From a virus: a stretch of 64,000 bases of DNA. Shown here piece after piece: positions 25,911 through 35,891 of the stretch. The stretch's first letter is position 1; each line of letters opens with the position of its first letter. Where the stretch lies: positions 64,001-128,000 of the IMG/VR virus record IMGVR_UViG_3300009509_000001; one strand, given 5' to 3'. Below the pieces are notes generated by a model that saw nothing but the letters and a program-made list of their open reading frames with translations, was not told where the DNA came from and ran no database searches. Both the position numbers and the translations under genes were made by a program.

Positions 25911-26219
25911 TTACCAGGAAGTATTCTGCGGATGGTGCACGGCCTCGGGCGGCGTGTCGTCGAAGAGTATGCGGTGCGGCTGCACGTCGAAGATGATGCG
26001 GTACTGGATGCCGGCCCGCTCCATGTCGGCCAGGATCGTGCGCTTCGTGTTCTCGATGCTCCAGGGCTTGCCGTGGTCGTGCAGGCCGCGCATGGTGATG
26101 AGTATGATGTCATGGCCCTCGTCGTGAACGCGCTGCAGCCGCTCGAAGGCGCCGGGCAGCCACTCGCCCGTGTGGTAGTTCACGAGCGTTCCGTCAATGT
26201 CGTAGATGTGCGTGCTCAT
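25911..26219 (-). CDS. Small HAD-superfamily phosphatase
   Basis: DIDGT, LITMR, ILFDD. Confidence 0.8.
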   Translation of the reverse strand: MSTHIYDIDGTLVNYHTGEWLPGAFERLQRVHDEGHDIILITMRGLHDHGKPWSIENTKRTILADMERAGIQYRIIFDVQPHRILFDDTPPEAVHHPQNTSW

Positions 26220-26736
26220 CGTATGAACCCATAGGCTATGAGTCCGGCGCTCAGGCCGACGATGATCCAGAAGCACCAGGCCATGACCTTGGCCCTGCGG
26301 GCGGACACCTTATGCTGCGGCGTCCAGTTGTTGGCGTCGGCGATTCGCCGCGCTTCGGCCTTGGCTTCCTTGTACGCTTCCTTCTTCTGGCGCTTGTGCC
26401 GCTCGGCCAGCTTGCGCTTGTTGGTCGTACGGTGGCTGTTGTGCTTGCGGTTCCAGTTGAGGGTCCTGCTGCGCTCCTGGTTGTTCACATAGCTCATGGG
26501 ATCGTGTACTCCATCACTTCGTTGAAATCCTTGATGGCGGCCTGGGCGTTCGGATGCGGATCGGTGCCGGCGCCACGCTGGTTGCCGTTGATGAAGAACT
26601 GCCAGCGCCAGAAACTGTCATGTCCCTTGGTGGCGGCCCCGCCCGTGTAGGGCTCGGTCGGTTTTCCGCAATGCTCCTTCATGCCGGGGCCGCGGCCGCC
26701 GCACTCGGTGCATACCATCATCAGTCGTTGCGTCAT
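26216..26736 (-). other. Two small CDSs (26216-26497 basic with C-terminal TM helix; 26494-26736 Zn-finger)
   Basis: ATGA overlaps. Confidence 0.6.
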
Positions 26737-26746
26737 GTCATCCTCC

Positions 26747-28267
26747 TTATAGTCTTACCCACCAGACGTAGTCGTCTTCCAGGTGAAGTTCCAATTTGGC
26801 CGTGGCCACGAACTCGTCGACGGCCTGCTTCACCTGTGGTCCGAAGGTCGTGCCGTTGCGCGTCGGGTGGTTGTAGTCGTGGCCCGCCAGTATCCCGCCG
26901 GACTTCACGCGGTTTCGCCACATTGAAATGTCCTTGGACACCGCCTTGTAGCTGTGGTCCGCATCCAGGAACACCAGGTCGAACAGGCTGCCCGGCGTGT
27001 TCCTGTACGCCTGTTCGCTCGTGGCCTTTCGCACACGGATGCGCTTACCATACGGGTACAGCGCCCACATGGCGTCCAGCATGTTTAGTCGATGCCGCTT
27101 GTCGTCCTGGTTGGCGATGTAGTCGCCGGTCGCCGCATACTCGCTGCCCGTCGGCGGCGGCGCCCAGACGTCGACCGCCAGTATGTTGGCGGATGGAATG
27201 GCTGCGGCCAGGTAGGCCGTCGTCTCGCCGCGGTAGACGCCGATCTCGGCGATGCGTGGATTGGCGATCCCATCAAGAAGCCGGTGGAGTACACGGGCAC
27301 GCCCATACGGCGCACGCGGCTCCGGCCGCTCATCATAGCGGGCCAGCTTTATCGGCATCTTCTCGAAGTGCTCCCACTGGCCACTGAAGCCGCTAGTGTC
27401 CTTACGTAGCCACGTAGTGGTGAGTTCGCTTCGATCACTGATCGTCGTGTAGCCACGGATGGCTATGTGCGGAACACCGTCACGAAAAGCCACGACCCAC
27501 CACCATTCCATGCGGCTGCAGCCCTGACCAATGGTTCCGTCTGCCCGAAGCTCGATGTCCCTGGAGTCGTGGCCCACGCGTTCATACTTGTAGAATCCGG
27601 CGAACTCCTGATAAAGCTCGTAATCCTCGAACGGCATGTCCAGGTGATGGCTCTCGGCAAGCTGGTCGCCGGCACTCTGCAATGACCGCCACTTGTGGGC
27701 GCCGATCACGGGGATGCCGGCCTCGATGGATTCCCGCGCCGTCACCAGCCAGTTGAACACCCGTGGCAAATATGATACCTCGACGTCCATAATCCCGACG
27801 GCCATGTTCAATGCCGTCTGCTCCATGAACGGACTTGCGTCCAGTATGACGTCCTCGGTGAGCCGCCGGGCCACCCGCAGATAGTCGGCGTGCCCTCTGT
27901 TCATGATCATGAGACCTGCGTTGAAGTAGTTGGCCGACGTGGCGCCAAACTTCTCCATGCATTCGTCGATGACATGGGCGGCGTAGTTGACGTCCCTTAC
28001 CACCTGGAGCTTGCCGTCAATAACCTCCGCCGGGTTCCATTGTCGGCAGAACAGGATGTCAGCGTCGAAGTAGATCACTGTGTCGGCGTCCACGTAGTCG
28101 AACGCATACGTGCGCATGAGCGACGGGTTCAAGCATCCGCTGTCCTCGTACTCACGGTCACCGAGGATCGTCACGGGCAGGCCCGTACAAAGCTCGAAGC
28201 GCCGTGCCGCTTCCTGCGCCAGCGGCAAGTGTCCGCCGGTTCCTACAGTCAGTCCGATCATATTCAT
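26747..28267 (-). CDS. Glycosyltransferase (GT8-like GT-A) fused to class I SAM methyltransferase
   Basis: YFDAD, YFNAGL, EQTALN; AEIGV..G, LVFLDADHSY, GGILAGHDY. Confidence 0.85.
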   Translation of the reverse strand: MNMIGLTVGTGGHLPLAQEAARRFELCTGLPVTILGDREYEDSGCLNPSLMRTYAFDYVDADTVIYFDADILFCRQWNPAEVIDGKLQVVRDVNYAAHVIDECMEKFGATSANYFNAGLMIMNRGHADYLRVARRLTEDVILDASPFMEQTALNMAVGIMDVEVSYLPRVFNWLVTARESIEAGIPVIGAHKWRSLQSAGDQLAESHHLDMPFEDYELYQEFAGFYKYERVGHDSRDIELRADGTIGQGCSRMEWWWVVAFRDGVPHIAIRGYTTISDRSELTTTWLRKDTSGFSGQWEHFEKMPIKLARYDERPEPRAPYGRARVLHRLLDGIANPRIAEIGVYRGETTAYLAAAIPSANILAVDVWAPPPTGSEYAATGDYIANQDDKRHRLNMLDAMWALYPYGKRIRVRKATSEQAYRNTPGSLFDLVFLDADHSYKAVSKDISMWRNRVKSGGILAGHDYNHPTRNGTTFGPQVKQAVDEFVATAKLELHLEDDYVWWVRL

Positions 28268-30474
28268 CGCAAGCGCTCCCTGCCTTCGTCCCAGTCACGT
28301 ATCTTCAGCGACCAGCCTGGGTCGGGCCACCAACGGTGATCACGGCCGCTCGGATTGAACTCATGGCCGCCGCCGTAGGGTATGGTGAACTTCTCGCCTC
28401 CCGGTGCTCCGCCCCATTTCATGCGGTAATGCGTAGCGTTCCAGTTGCCGAAGGTGTTACGGTTATGCTTGGCATATACCGGGTCGCTGCCGACGGTCCG
28501 GCTTCCGCCGCCACTCTCGATGTCCACCGCGCCTATCTCCATGGGCGCGTCCATGGTCGTCTCCGTACCCGCATTGCATCTGGGCAGGTGGTAGTATTTG
28601 GCCCCAGCCAGTTCGCAACGCCTGACGAAGTCGTTGTCCTCGAAATAGGCCGGGTAAAAGTTCTCGTCGAACCAGCCGACCTTGTGTATGAACGACGTAT
28701 GAAGTCTGAAGGCGTTGAAGCCGCCGAGCATCCACAATACATCGTCGGGGCCGCACGGAACCTGCTCCTCCATATACGCGAGTGTCCCGGGCAGCAGCCG
28801 GGTATCGTTCGAGCTTATGGTTATGCGGTCGTACCCAAGTGACATTCCATGCATGACGATCCTATTCCAGGAAGCGGCCACACCGAGATTGTACCTGGGT
28901 GAATACAGATCGAACTTCAGTTCCCTGGACATGGCCTTCAGCCTGTCGTTGAATTCCTGATCGTAAGTGTTGTTGTTGACTACGAATATATCGGCCGGGT
29001 AGTCGATGGATCGTACGCACTGTTCAAGAAGGTCGATCCGGTTGAGTACCGGTATTCCCACGAACACGCGGCCACTTCCCCCGCCATGGGCCGCCGGGGC
29101 ACTGATCATACGCTCCTCCACTCTACGGCATACGCACAGGAAGGACCAATCTTCCTGCACAGGTTCACATTTGATTACCTCGAATCCACCTATAAGCCTT
29201 ATAACACGGCAAAAGCTGTCCATAGTGAATGAATGCTCATGCGTAGGATCGAGGTTAATGGTTCGGTTGCCTCCACGGCGCAAGCCGTCTTCATCGGGAA
29301 CCACTACGGCCATATGCCCGCCTGTCTTCAGCACACGCTTCCATTCCTGGAGCGTCTTCACGTAGTCTACGTAATGCTCGATGTTGTGTCTGGCTACAAC
29401 GAAGTCCAGTTCCCCGTCCGCAAACATATGTAGATCATCTCCGCTGGCCTGTATATCGGCCTGGCTGGGCTGTCCCGCAGTACAGCCGACGGAACCCCGC
29501 TGGCCGGCAGCTACAAGGTCAACGCCTATACAGTTTGCCGATGACTTTCGATGCCCACACCCGACATCAACTCCTTTACCTTTCAGGCAGTATGGGAGTA
29601 CAGCGAGCCGCTCCGGGTGCATGGCCTCGCCGCCATTCGGCGGAGGGTACAGCATCTGCGCGTATTTACCCTGATCCTCCTGAACTGTGCGGGGCAACGC
29701 CTCGTCCACAGGAACGGCTGTATACCGGTGACGGCGTCCAAACAGATCATCGCCGGTTTCCAGGCACCTTATTATGTGTTCCGGGTTGAGTGCTATCCCA
29801 GCGTGCTCGGTATGCGCGTAGGCCATAAGCTTAGCACATATGGCATCAATGCCTCCCTGGAAGCTATAATGCCACCCGGCCGGGCAATCCAATAAATATG
29901 TGTGCACTCCGCGTTTACGCATGACATCACCGTTAAGGTCCGTTCCACGCATGCCCTCCTCATGTGTGAATATAGTCCCTGCACACCACAAACCTTCCTC
30001 AGCCTGCAGGTAGTTCAGGAAATAGTAATAAGTTCGCGTCGGTACGCGACACTGGTTCTTGGCAGGGTCGAATACCTCGTAAGCCGACGAATGCGGGATC
30101 TCGTCAAGATCGAATACGCCGATGACGTCACGTGGCTCAGAGTGAGGCTGCTCGTGTAGGCATGTGACGTGACAGTCATAGTAGCCCGAAGCCCCCTGGC
30201 TCGTCGTGCTTCGCTGGAAGTTCTCGCGGAACCAGACGCCACCAATCTCCGTAAGGTCGACCATTATGTACTTGATCTTATGATGCCATGGCTTGAAGCG
30301 GTCCCAATTATCCTTCAGGTACAAAGGCTTGTCGGGTCCTGCATGCGCTTGGTTGGCCTCAGCTATGACGAACACGTCGACGATCTCATCCAGTTCTCGT
30401 AGGCGCAGCTCCAATAGATCCAACTCGTTGAAAAAGGTTACACAATCATATACACGGCGTCCGTCTTTTCGCAT
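28264..30474 (-). CDS. Triple fusion: GT17-like glycosyltransferase, SAM methyltransferase, GT2-like glycosyltransferase
   Basis: FFNELDLLELR, DLDEIP, GWHYSF; VDVGCG, HNIEH, RVLKTGG; GWFDENFYPAYFEDND. Confidence 0.85.
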   Translation of the reverse strand: MRKDGRRVYDCVTFFNELDLLELRLRELDEIVDVFVIAEANQAHAGPDKPLYLKDNWDRFKPWHHKIKYIMVDLTEIGGVWFRENFQRSTTSQGASGYYDCHVTCLHEQPHSEPRDVIGVFDLDEIPHSSAYEVFDPAKNQCRVPTRTYYYFLNYLQAEEGLWCAGTIFTHEEGMRGTDLNGDVMRKRGVHTYLLDCPAGWHYSFQGGIDAICAKLMAYAHTEHAGIALNPEHIIRCLETGDDLFGRRHRYTAVPVDEALPRTVQEDQGKYAQMLYPPPNGGEAMHPERLAVLPYCLKGKGVDVGCGHRKSSANCIGVDLVAAGQRGSVGCTAGQPSQADIQASGDDLHMFADGELDFVVARHNIEHYVDYVKTLQEWKRVLKTGGHMAVVVPDEDGLRRGGNRTINLDPTHEHSFTMDSFCRVIRLIGGFEVIKCEPVQEDWSFLCVCRRVEERMISAPAAHGGGSGRVFVGIPVLNRIDLLEQCVRSIDYPADIFVVNNNTYDQEFNDRLKAMSRELKFDLYSPRYNLGVAASWNRIVMHGMSLGYDRITISSNDTRLLPGTLAYMEEQVPCGPDDVLWMLGGFNAFRLHTSFIHKVGWFDENFYPAYFEDNDFVRRCELAGAKYYHLPRCNAGTETTMDAPMEIGAVDIESGGGSRTVGSDPVYAKHNRNTFGNWNATHYRMKWGGAPGGEKFTIPYGGGHEFNPSGRDHRWWPDPGWSLKIRDWDEGRERLR

Positions 30475-30476
30475 AA

Positions 30477-31775
30477 TTACTTATTGTCCTCGAGAATGCC
30501 AAGGCACTCCGAAAGAAGCTCGTCGCGTACCTCCTGGCTGTTTACTTTTATCGGCCCGGCTCCCCTTGTACCGATCCGCTGCCATTCGAGCATGGCTTCC
30601 TTTTCAGGGTACTCCACCAGCCTGTATCCGAGCCGGTGTATCATGTTGGTGAACGGCACTTCACTCATTCCCTCGTGTGCGCTTACACCACGTCGGTCCG
30701 TGATTCGCCAATGCGGCAATATCGGGTATTGCAGGTCCTCGGCAATGGTCTGCTCCCGAACCTTGTACAGTATCTCTCTGGTGGTCACTCCGACGCCGCC
30801 GGAGCAGTGGGGCGCTCCCGGATGCCCTATGCCACCGCACATGCCGACGAATCCGATCTGCTGGCCACCTATTCGTATCATGGTCTCGAGTGCGATCTTG
30901 AACACATTGTCGGCAAGCTGTATGCAGTCGTCCTCCACGAAGAACCAGGAGTCGTACGCATGGTGTAACGTGCGGAAGGCATGATCATAGGCCCCGAACG
31001 ATATGCCGATATTCGGCCGCTCCAGCACGTATATCCGACCGTTCGGCGTCTCCTGACCATGCATACTGTAAAGGAAGTCCATGTTTGCCTTGAACGCGGC
31101 ATCGTCCAATATCGGATCATTGGCAAGCGGATAGTTATGAACGAGCAACGTATCCACCGGCATTCCCTGGTCAAGCGTCAGCTCCTTGGCACAGGTGCAC
31201 TTCAGCACGTTCAGGTAGTCCGCTATGGTCTTCGGCGGCTCCCGCCTGGTGCCTGCCCAGCACGCAATGACCTTGGCACTCCTGCCCGTGTGTCGCGGTA
31301 TCGGATCGGACACGTCCAGCCGCACACCAACGTCGATGTCGGTGGTGTCGGTCTCGTAGAATCCTACGTGCTTGTCCACTTTAAGCGCCCGCACATTCTC
31401 GTGCAGCACCCTTCCCGTGAACGCCTGCAGTCCCATGTCGCGGCCGATCTCGCGCAGGGCTTTGTATGCCTTCCACACGTGTCCTTTGCCACGGGCGCTG
31501 GGGGCTATGTCCATCCCTATGCTCATGGTGCGGTTGACGACGTCCTTATGGCCCGTACGCACATAGCCGACGAACTCGCCGGAATCGCCGTCCTCGATGG
31601 CCAGCCATTCAGGTCGATCCGTCCTGAACCACTCGACGGCCTGCTCGATGGTGTAGGCTTCCTGTGTATGCAGCCACTTCAAAGTGTCCTCATGGTTACG
31701 AATCTCGAGCACGGCCGGAAGATCCTGCTCAGTAAGTTCACGAAATCGTACACTGACGCCCATCACAGTCCCCAC
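30477..31775 (-). CDS. GNAT acetyltransferase (PseH/RimL-like) fused to GT-A-like domain
   Basis: LEIRNH, ARGKG, VLHENVRA; RPNIGISFGAY, FFVEDD. Confidence 0.75.
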   Translation of the reverse strand: MGTVMGVSVRFRELTEQDLPAVLEIRNHEDTLKWLHTQEAYTIEQAVEWFRTDRPEWLAIEDGDSGEFVGYVRTGHKDVVNRTMSIGMDIAPSARGKGHVWKAYKALREIGRDMGLQAFTGRVLHENVRALKVDKHVGFYETDTTDIDVGVRLDVSDPIPRHTGRSAKVIACWAGTRREPPKTIADYLNVLKCTCAKELTLDQGMPVDTLLVHNYPLANDPILDDAAFKANMDFLYSMHGQETPNGRIYVLERPNIGISFGAYDHAFRTLHHAYDSWFFVEDDCIQLADNVFKIALETMIRIGGQQIGFVGMCGGIGHPGAPHCSGGVGVTTREILYKVREQTIAEDLQYPILPHWRITDRRGVSAHEGMSEVPFTNMIHRLGYRLVEYPEKEAMLEWQRIGTRGAGPIKVNSQEVRDELLSECLGILEDNK

Positions 31776-32839
31776 TCGTTTATGGTTTTCACAACATGGT
31801 CACGATCGCTGACGGTGAGCCACCATCCGACGGGTATGGAAATCTGACGGTCGTAAAACATGGAGACGCCTGGAAGATCTCGCGAGTACTGACTGAACGC
31901 CGTGAACTCGTCGTTGCGTCGATGCACGGGGCTCGTCGCTATGCCGGCATCCTCCATATGGGTCTGGAACGCCTGTTTATCGTCTACAAGTATGGTGTAA
32001 ACCCAGTATGATGCACGGTCGTCGTACGGGATGAGCGTCACATGCGGGTTCTTTATGGAGTCTGCGTAGTGCCTGGCATTGGCTCTGTGGGATCCGACGA
32101 CGTATTCAAGGCACTCGAGATTACTGAGTCCGATCGAAGCGTTTATGTCGTTCATGTGGAACTTGAATCCGGCCTCCGCTATATCCTGCGCGCACCTGAA
32201 AGACTTTGAAGACTTCCTGGAAAGCCCGTACCAGCGCAACAGCTCGGCACGCTCGTGCTGATCCGGGGGAACGACCAATATGCCGCCATCGCCGCTGGTA
32301 AGATGTTTGATGGCCTGCAGGCTGAAGCATACATAATCACCGCCGGAGTCGGCGACGTGTCTCCCGTCGTACATGGTGCCGATGGCATGAGCCGCATCCT
32401 CTATGATCGGAATGCCGAATTTACGCAATGCCTCGTAGTCGCATGGAACCCCGGCCCAGTCCACGCATACGATTGCTTTGGTCTTGTCGGTGATAAGCCG
32501 CTCGACGGATTCAGGGTCTATGAGCCCTGTAGTCGCGTCGACGTCCGCCCACACGATGTCGGCACCGGAGTTTCGTATGGGTGTGTTCGTCGCCGAGCAT
32601 GTCATCGGTGTCGTTATAACCTCATCCCCGGGGCCGGCGTCCACCATATGAAGGGCGAGAGTTATCGCCGACGTCGCCGAATTCACCGTAAGCGGTCGGC
32701 GCTCACTGTTGAAATAAGCCCGTAGCTTCTCCTCGAACAGGTCCACCACCGGACCCTGGCCTATATATCCGCTATTCAGAACTTCGGTGACGGCGCGTGG
32801 TGCCTCGTCGGACATAAACACCTTGAACAATGGAATCAT
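31763..32839 (-). CDS. DegT/DnrJ/EryC1/StrS PLP-dependent sugar aminotransferase
   Basis: NSATSA, TPMTCSAT, IEDAAHA, FSLQAIKHLTSGDGG, GFKFHMND; AAGGAG RBS. Confidence 0.95.
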   Translation of the reverse strand: MIPLFKVFMSDEAPRAVTEVLNSGYIGQGPVVDLFEEKLRAYFNSERRPLTVNSATSAITLALHMVDAGPGDEVITTPMTCSATNTPIRNSGADIVWADVDATTGLIDPESVERLITDKTKAIVCVDWAGVPCDYEALRKFGIPIIEDAAHAIGTMYDGRHVADSGGDYVCFSLQAIKHLTSGDGGILVVPPDQHERAELLRWYGLSRKSSKSFRCAQDIAEAGFKFHMNDINASIGLSNLECLEYVVGSHRANARHYADSIKNPHVTLIPYDDRASYWVYTILVDDKQAFQTHMEDAGIATSPVHRRNDEFTAFSQYSRDLPGVSMFYDRQISIPVGWWLTVSDRDHVVKTINEWGL

Positions 32840-32864
32840 GTGCGTCTCCTTTGCGTTACGATCT

Positions 32865-32893
32865 AAAGTAGCGGAACTTGCCGCCGGTGTCAA
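32865..32893 (-). promoter_or_regulatory. Sigma70 promoter of the glyco-operon
   Basis: TTGACA-N17-TACTTT. Confidence 0.8.
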
Positions 32894-32901
32894 GCAAAAC
32901 C

Positions 32902-32980
32902 AAAAAGGCCCCGGCTAAATACCGAGGCCCGGATGGGATAGGGATACCGTTACAGTACGTCGGTTTGCCGGGAAAGTCAA
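32902..32980 (-). ncRNA. Promoter-sRNA-terminator cassette 2
   Basis: TTGACT(32980-32975)-N17-TACTGT, ~20 nt C/U-rich stretch, hairpin GGCCTCGG/CCGGGGCC + TTTTT. Confidence 0.65.
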
Positions 32981-33039
32981 GCGAAATCGTTTGGTGAGTG
33001 ATTTTCATGTTGCCTGTGAATTGTAGGAGCCCGGGCACG

Positions 33040-33133
33040 AAAAAGCCCCCATGAACTAAATGATCAGGGGGGCTCGGTGTTTTACCGGGGTGAGAACTTG
33101 GCATAGTATACGAAGGAACTCCGCCGCTTTCAA
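33040..33133 (-). ncRNA. Promoter-sRNA-terminator cassette 1
   Basis: TTGAAA(33133-33128)-N17-TATACT, ~27 nt leader, hairpin GCCCCCC/GGGGGGC + TTTTT. Confidence 0.65.
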
Positions 33134-33144
33134 GCCCCTATACG

Positions 33145-33175
33145 AAAAAAGGCCCCGGATTACCGGGACCTTCTG
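33145..33175 (-). terminator. Terminator ending the virion operon
   Basis: GGTCCCGG TAAT CCGGGGCC TTTTTT. Confidence 0.85.
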
Positions 33176-33202
33176 CACACCAATCGCTACTAGGAGGGAA
33201 AT

Positions 33203-35119
33203 CTATTCGTACGTCGTGACGTCGGGGGCGGCCGGCGGCAGGCCCTGCTGCTTGCGGCGCTCGTTGAGTTTACGCTGCATGGCCTGCATCTTCTGGATGC
33301 TCAGCTGCTCTTCCCGTCGGTTCTCTTCGATGGCGCCGCTTACGTCCGTGTACAGGCCGGGTATGTCACTCGGCCCGAACTTCGGGTTGCTAATGGCGCC
33401 GACGAACGCCGGGTTGTTCACGAAGTCGCCCTGGAACCGCTCGCCGAGCATGCCGCCCACGCCCTTGCGGATACGCTCCGGGTCGCCGGCCGCATCGCGC
33501 TTGATCTTGGCGATGTCCCACAAAGCCTTGTTGATCTGTTCGCGGGAGAGCTGCTCGCGGAACTCCGGCTTTATCGGCAACAGGTCCAGGTTGCGCATGG
33601 TCTTCTCGAGACTCGGGTGATCGCCGTACGAGCCGGCCTTGCCCTTGCTGAGATCCAGGGACGGTGCCGGTGTCTTGTGCTTGGCATAGGCCAGGGCCGC
33701 GGCCGCTCCGCCCAGGCCGAGGCTTGCAAGCCCCCAGCCCAACCGGTTCTCGGGACTGTTCATGGCCTTGATCGCCGAGTAGGCGCTGCCGGCACCGGCC
33801 AGACCCGCGCCGATCTCGTACTTGTAATCCTTGGCGTTCTCCCACATGGCCTTGCCGGCCTTCTTCCAGTCGAAGGCGCTGGTCTTGCGCAGGTCCTTCA
33901 CGTTCTGGTCGGCCATGGCCTTGCGCTTCTTCAGGCTCTTGAGCAGCATGCGGTCGGACTCAGCCGTGTCGGGCTTGCCGGCGAACCGCTTGTTCATGGC
34001 ATGAAGCAGGTACGGCAGTGCCGCGCCGCCCAGGCCGCCAAGCGTGCTCCACAGCAGCTTGTTCTTGTCGGCCGTCAGCCAGCCGAGGCTCGATCCCAGC
34101 GTGCCGCCCACCAGGCCGGCAACCACCGGGTTGAAATTGTATTTGTCGCTCTTGGCCTGCTCGTCGCGCACCAGCTTGGCGTCCTCGAAAGCGGCCAGCT
34201 TGTCGTTGATGTCCATCTGTGCGGCAAGGGCCGCATCGGTCTGGGCACTCCTGCCGCTCTTGTCGGCTTTGCCCACCATCATCTTGTCGGCGACGTACGC
34301 CGATCCCATCGGTACGGCGCCGGCCACTGCGGTCTTGGCCGCCCGTGCCATCGGACGCTGCCGGCCCGCATAGGCCCTGGGCGCCGATCCGAGCGGTCCC
34401 TCGACGCGTTTGCCGACGGCGCTCATGGCGCTTCGTGGCGTAAGCGGGATCTCACGGCCGAGCGTCGGATGGTCCTTGATGTATTTCTTGGCCTTCTTGC
34501 CGCCGAGCAGGTACATGAGGGCGGCGCTGCTGACGCCTGCGGTGGCGCCCATCTGTGCCGTCTCCTTCTGCATGTTGATGCCGAACAGTGGATCGTCCGG
34601 GTAGTCGACCTTGCCGACCGTGGCCTTCTTGTCGCCGTAATGGGCCTGCGCCCCGACGTGCGGCTCTTTGCCGCCGAGTATCAGCTCGACGTTCCCGCCG
34701 ACGGTCTCGCCGCTCGGTTCGATCTTAACCGGGTTGTACTCTCCGACGGTGCGGGCCACGTCGCCGACCTTGCGCTTGACGCTCTCGGGTAGAACGGTGC
34801 TCAACCCTTCCTTGACGCCCTTGATGCCCCTGAGCGTGTCGACCAGTGGCGGCAACGCCGTGTCGATCACCTTGCCGGTGAAATCCTTGTCGCGTCCCGC
34901 CGCTTCGTCGATCTTCGCCTGCTCTTCCGGCGTGCGCTGGCTGCGGCCGTACATCGACAGCATGACCGCCGGTGTGCCCAGCCGCAGGGCTGTGCTGCCC
35001 ATGGCCTTGGGCGCCGCCTTCATGCGGAGAACCGCCGCCTTGCGCTTCCAGGGGTTGGTGAAGAGGGTGCCTTTGCCGGCCGCCGTCTTCTGTATCGGTT
35101 TGTCGAGCAGACGTCCCAT
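33203..35119 (-). CDS. Putative virion protein (KTA leader, multiple Gly zippers)
   Basis: MGRLLDKPIQKTAA; several GxxxG hydrophobic pairs. Confidence 0.8.
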   Translation of the reverse strand: MGRLLDKPIQKTAAGKGTLFTNPWKRKAAVLRMKAAPKAMGSTALRLGTPAVMLSMYGRSQRTPEEQAKIDEAAGRDKDFTGKVIDTALPPLVDTLRGIKGVKEGLSTVLPESVKRKVGDVARTVGEYNPVKIEPSGETVGGNVELILGGKEPHVGAQAHYGDKKATVGKVDYPDDPLFGINMQKETAQMGATAGVSSAALMYLLGGKKAKKYIKDHPTLGREIPLTPRSAMSAVGKRVEGPLGSAPRAYAGRQRPMARAAKTAVAGAVPMGSAYVADKMMVGKADKSGRSAQTDAALAAQMDINDKLAAFEDAKLVRDEQAKSDKYNFNPVVAGLVGGTLGSSLGWLTADKNKLLWSTLGGLGGAALPYLLHAMNKRFAGKPDTAESDRMLLKSLKKRKAMADQNVKDLRKTSAFDWKKAGKAMWENAKDYKYEIGAGLAGAGSAYSAIKAMNSPENRLGWGLASLGLGGAAAALAYAKHKTPAPSLDLSKGKAGSYGDHPSLEKTMRNLDLLPIKPEFREQLSREQINKALWDIAKIKRDAAGDPERIRKGVGGMLGERFQGDFVNNPAFVGAISNPKFGPSDIPGLYTDVSGAIEENRREEQLSIQKMQAMQRKLNERRKQQGLPPAAPDVTTYE

Positions 35120-35122
35120 GGG

Positions 35123-35875
35123 TTATGCCTTCTTCTTCTCGCGTTCCTTGATGTACTTGGCGAGCAATGCCGCCAGTCCGGCACCGGTCAATGCACCGCC
35201 GGCCGCGCCGATGAGGCCGCTGCCCATGCGGTTGCCCAGCGCGTATCCGCCGATGCCGCCGGCCAGGGCGCCGGCCGCTCCTGCCTGGAGCTCCTGATTG
35301 TTCTTGATCTCTTCGAGCAGTTCCTGCCATACGCTGGTGCGCGGGGCCGCCGTGCTGTGGGTCGTGTCCTTGGGCGGGTTGTAGTCGCTTACCATCCCGG
35401 TGGGACTCAGCTTCTCGCCGACCTTCTTGCCGACCGCTGCGGTGCCCAGCGTGCTTCCGGCCAGAATGGCCTTTCCTTTCTTGGTCTTGGCCAGTTCGCT
35501 TACTTCCGGACTCTTGGTGGCTTTGCCGTAGACACTGCCGGCCTTGGTGGCCTTGGGGACCGTGCCGCCGCTCGGAGCCGTAATAGTGGAACCGGCCTGC
35601 CCCGCCTGGCGGCCATAGTTGAAGTCGCTGACGATCTCGCCGGGACGGCGGGCCGCACCCTTCAGTGCGTCGACCGGCTTCTTCGTCTTGTCGAGGAGGC
35701 CGCCGACCAGATTCCTGATCGGGGTCCGCTTCGGCGGCATGGTCGCATCCATCAATTCGCCGAGCGAAGGCTTCTTCGCCTGCTTGTGTAGCTGTGCGGT
35801 CTTGGCCATCGGTTCATTGAAGCCGAAGGCCGTACGGAGTTCGCTCATCCGCTGGGGTGATACTGCATGTGTCAT
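35123..35875 (-). CDS. Putative virion protein (KTA/KQA, C-terminal glycine zipper)
   Basis: PMAKTAQLHKQAKK; AGAAGALAGGIGG...GAGLAALL. Confidence 0.8.
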   Translation of the reverse strand: MTHAVSPQRMSELRTAFGFNEPMAKTAQLHKQAKKPSLGELMDATMPPKRTPIRNLVGGLLDKTKKPVDALKGAARRPGEIVSDFNYGRQAGQAGSTITAPSGGTVPKATKAGSVYGKATKSPEVSELAKTKKGKAILAGSTLGTAAVGKKVGEKLSPTGMVSDYNPPKDTTHSTAAPRTSVWQELLEEIKNNQELQAGAAGALAGGIGGYALGNRMGSGLIGAAGGALTGAGLAALLAKYIKEREKKKA

Positions 35876-35891
35876 AGTGTGCTCCTGTATA

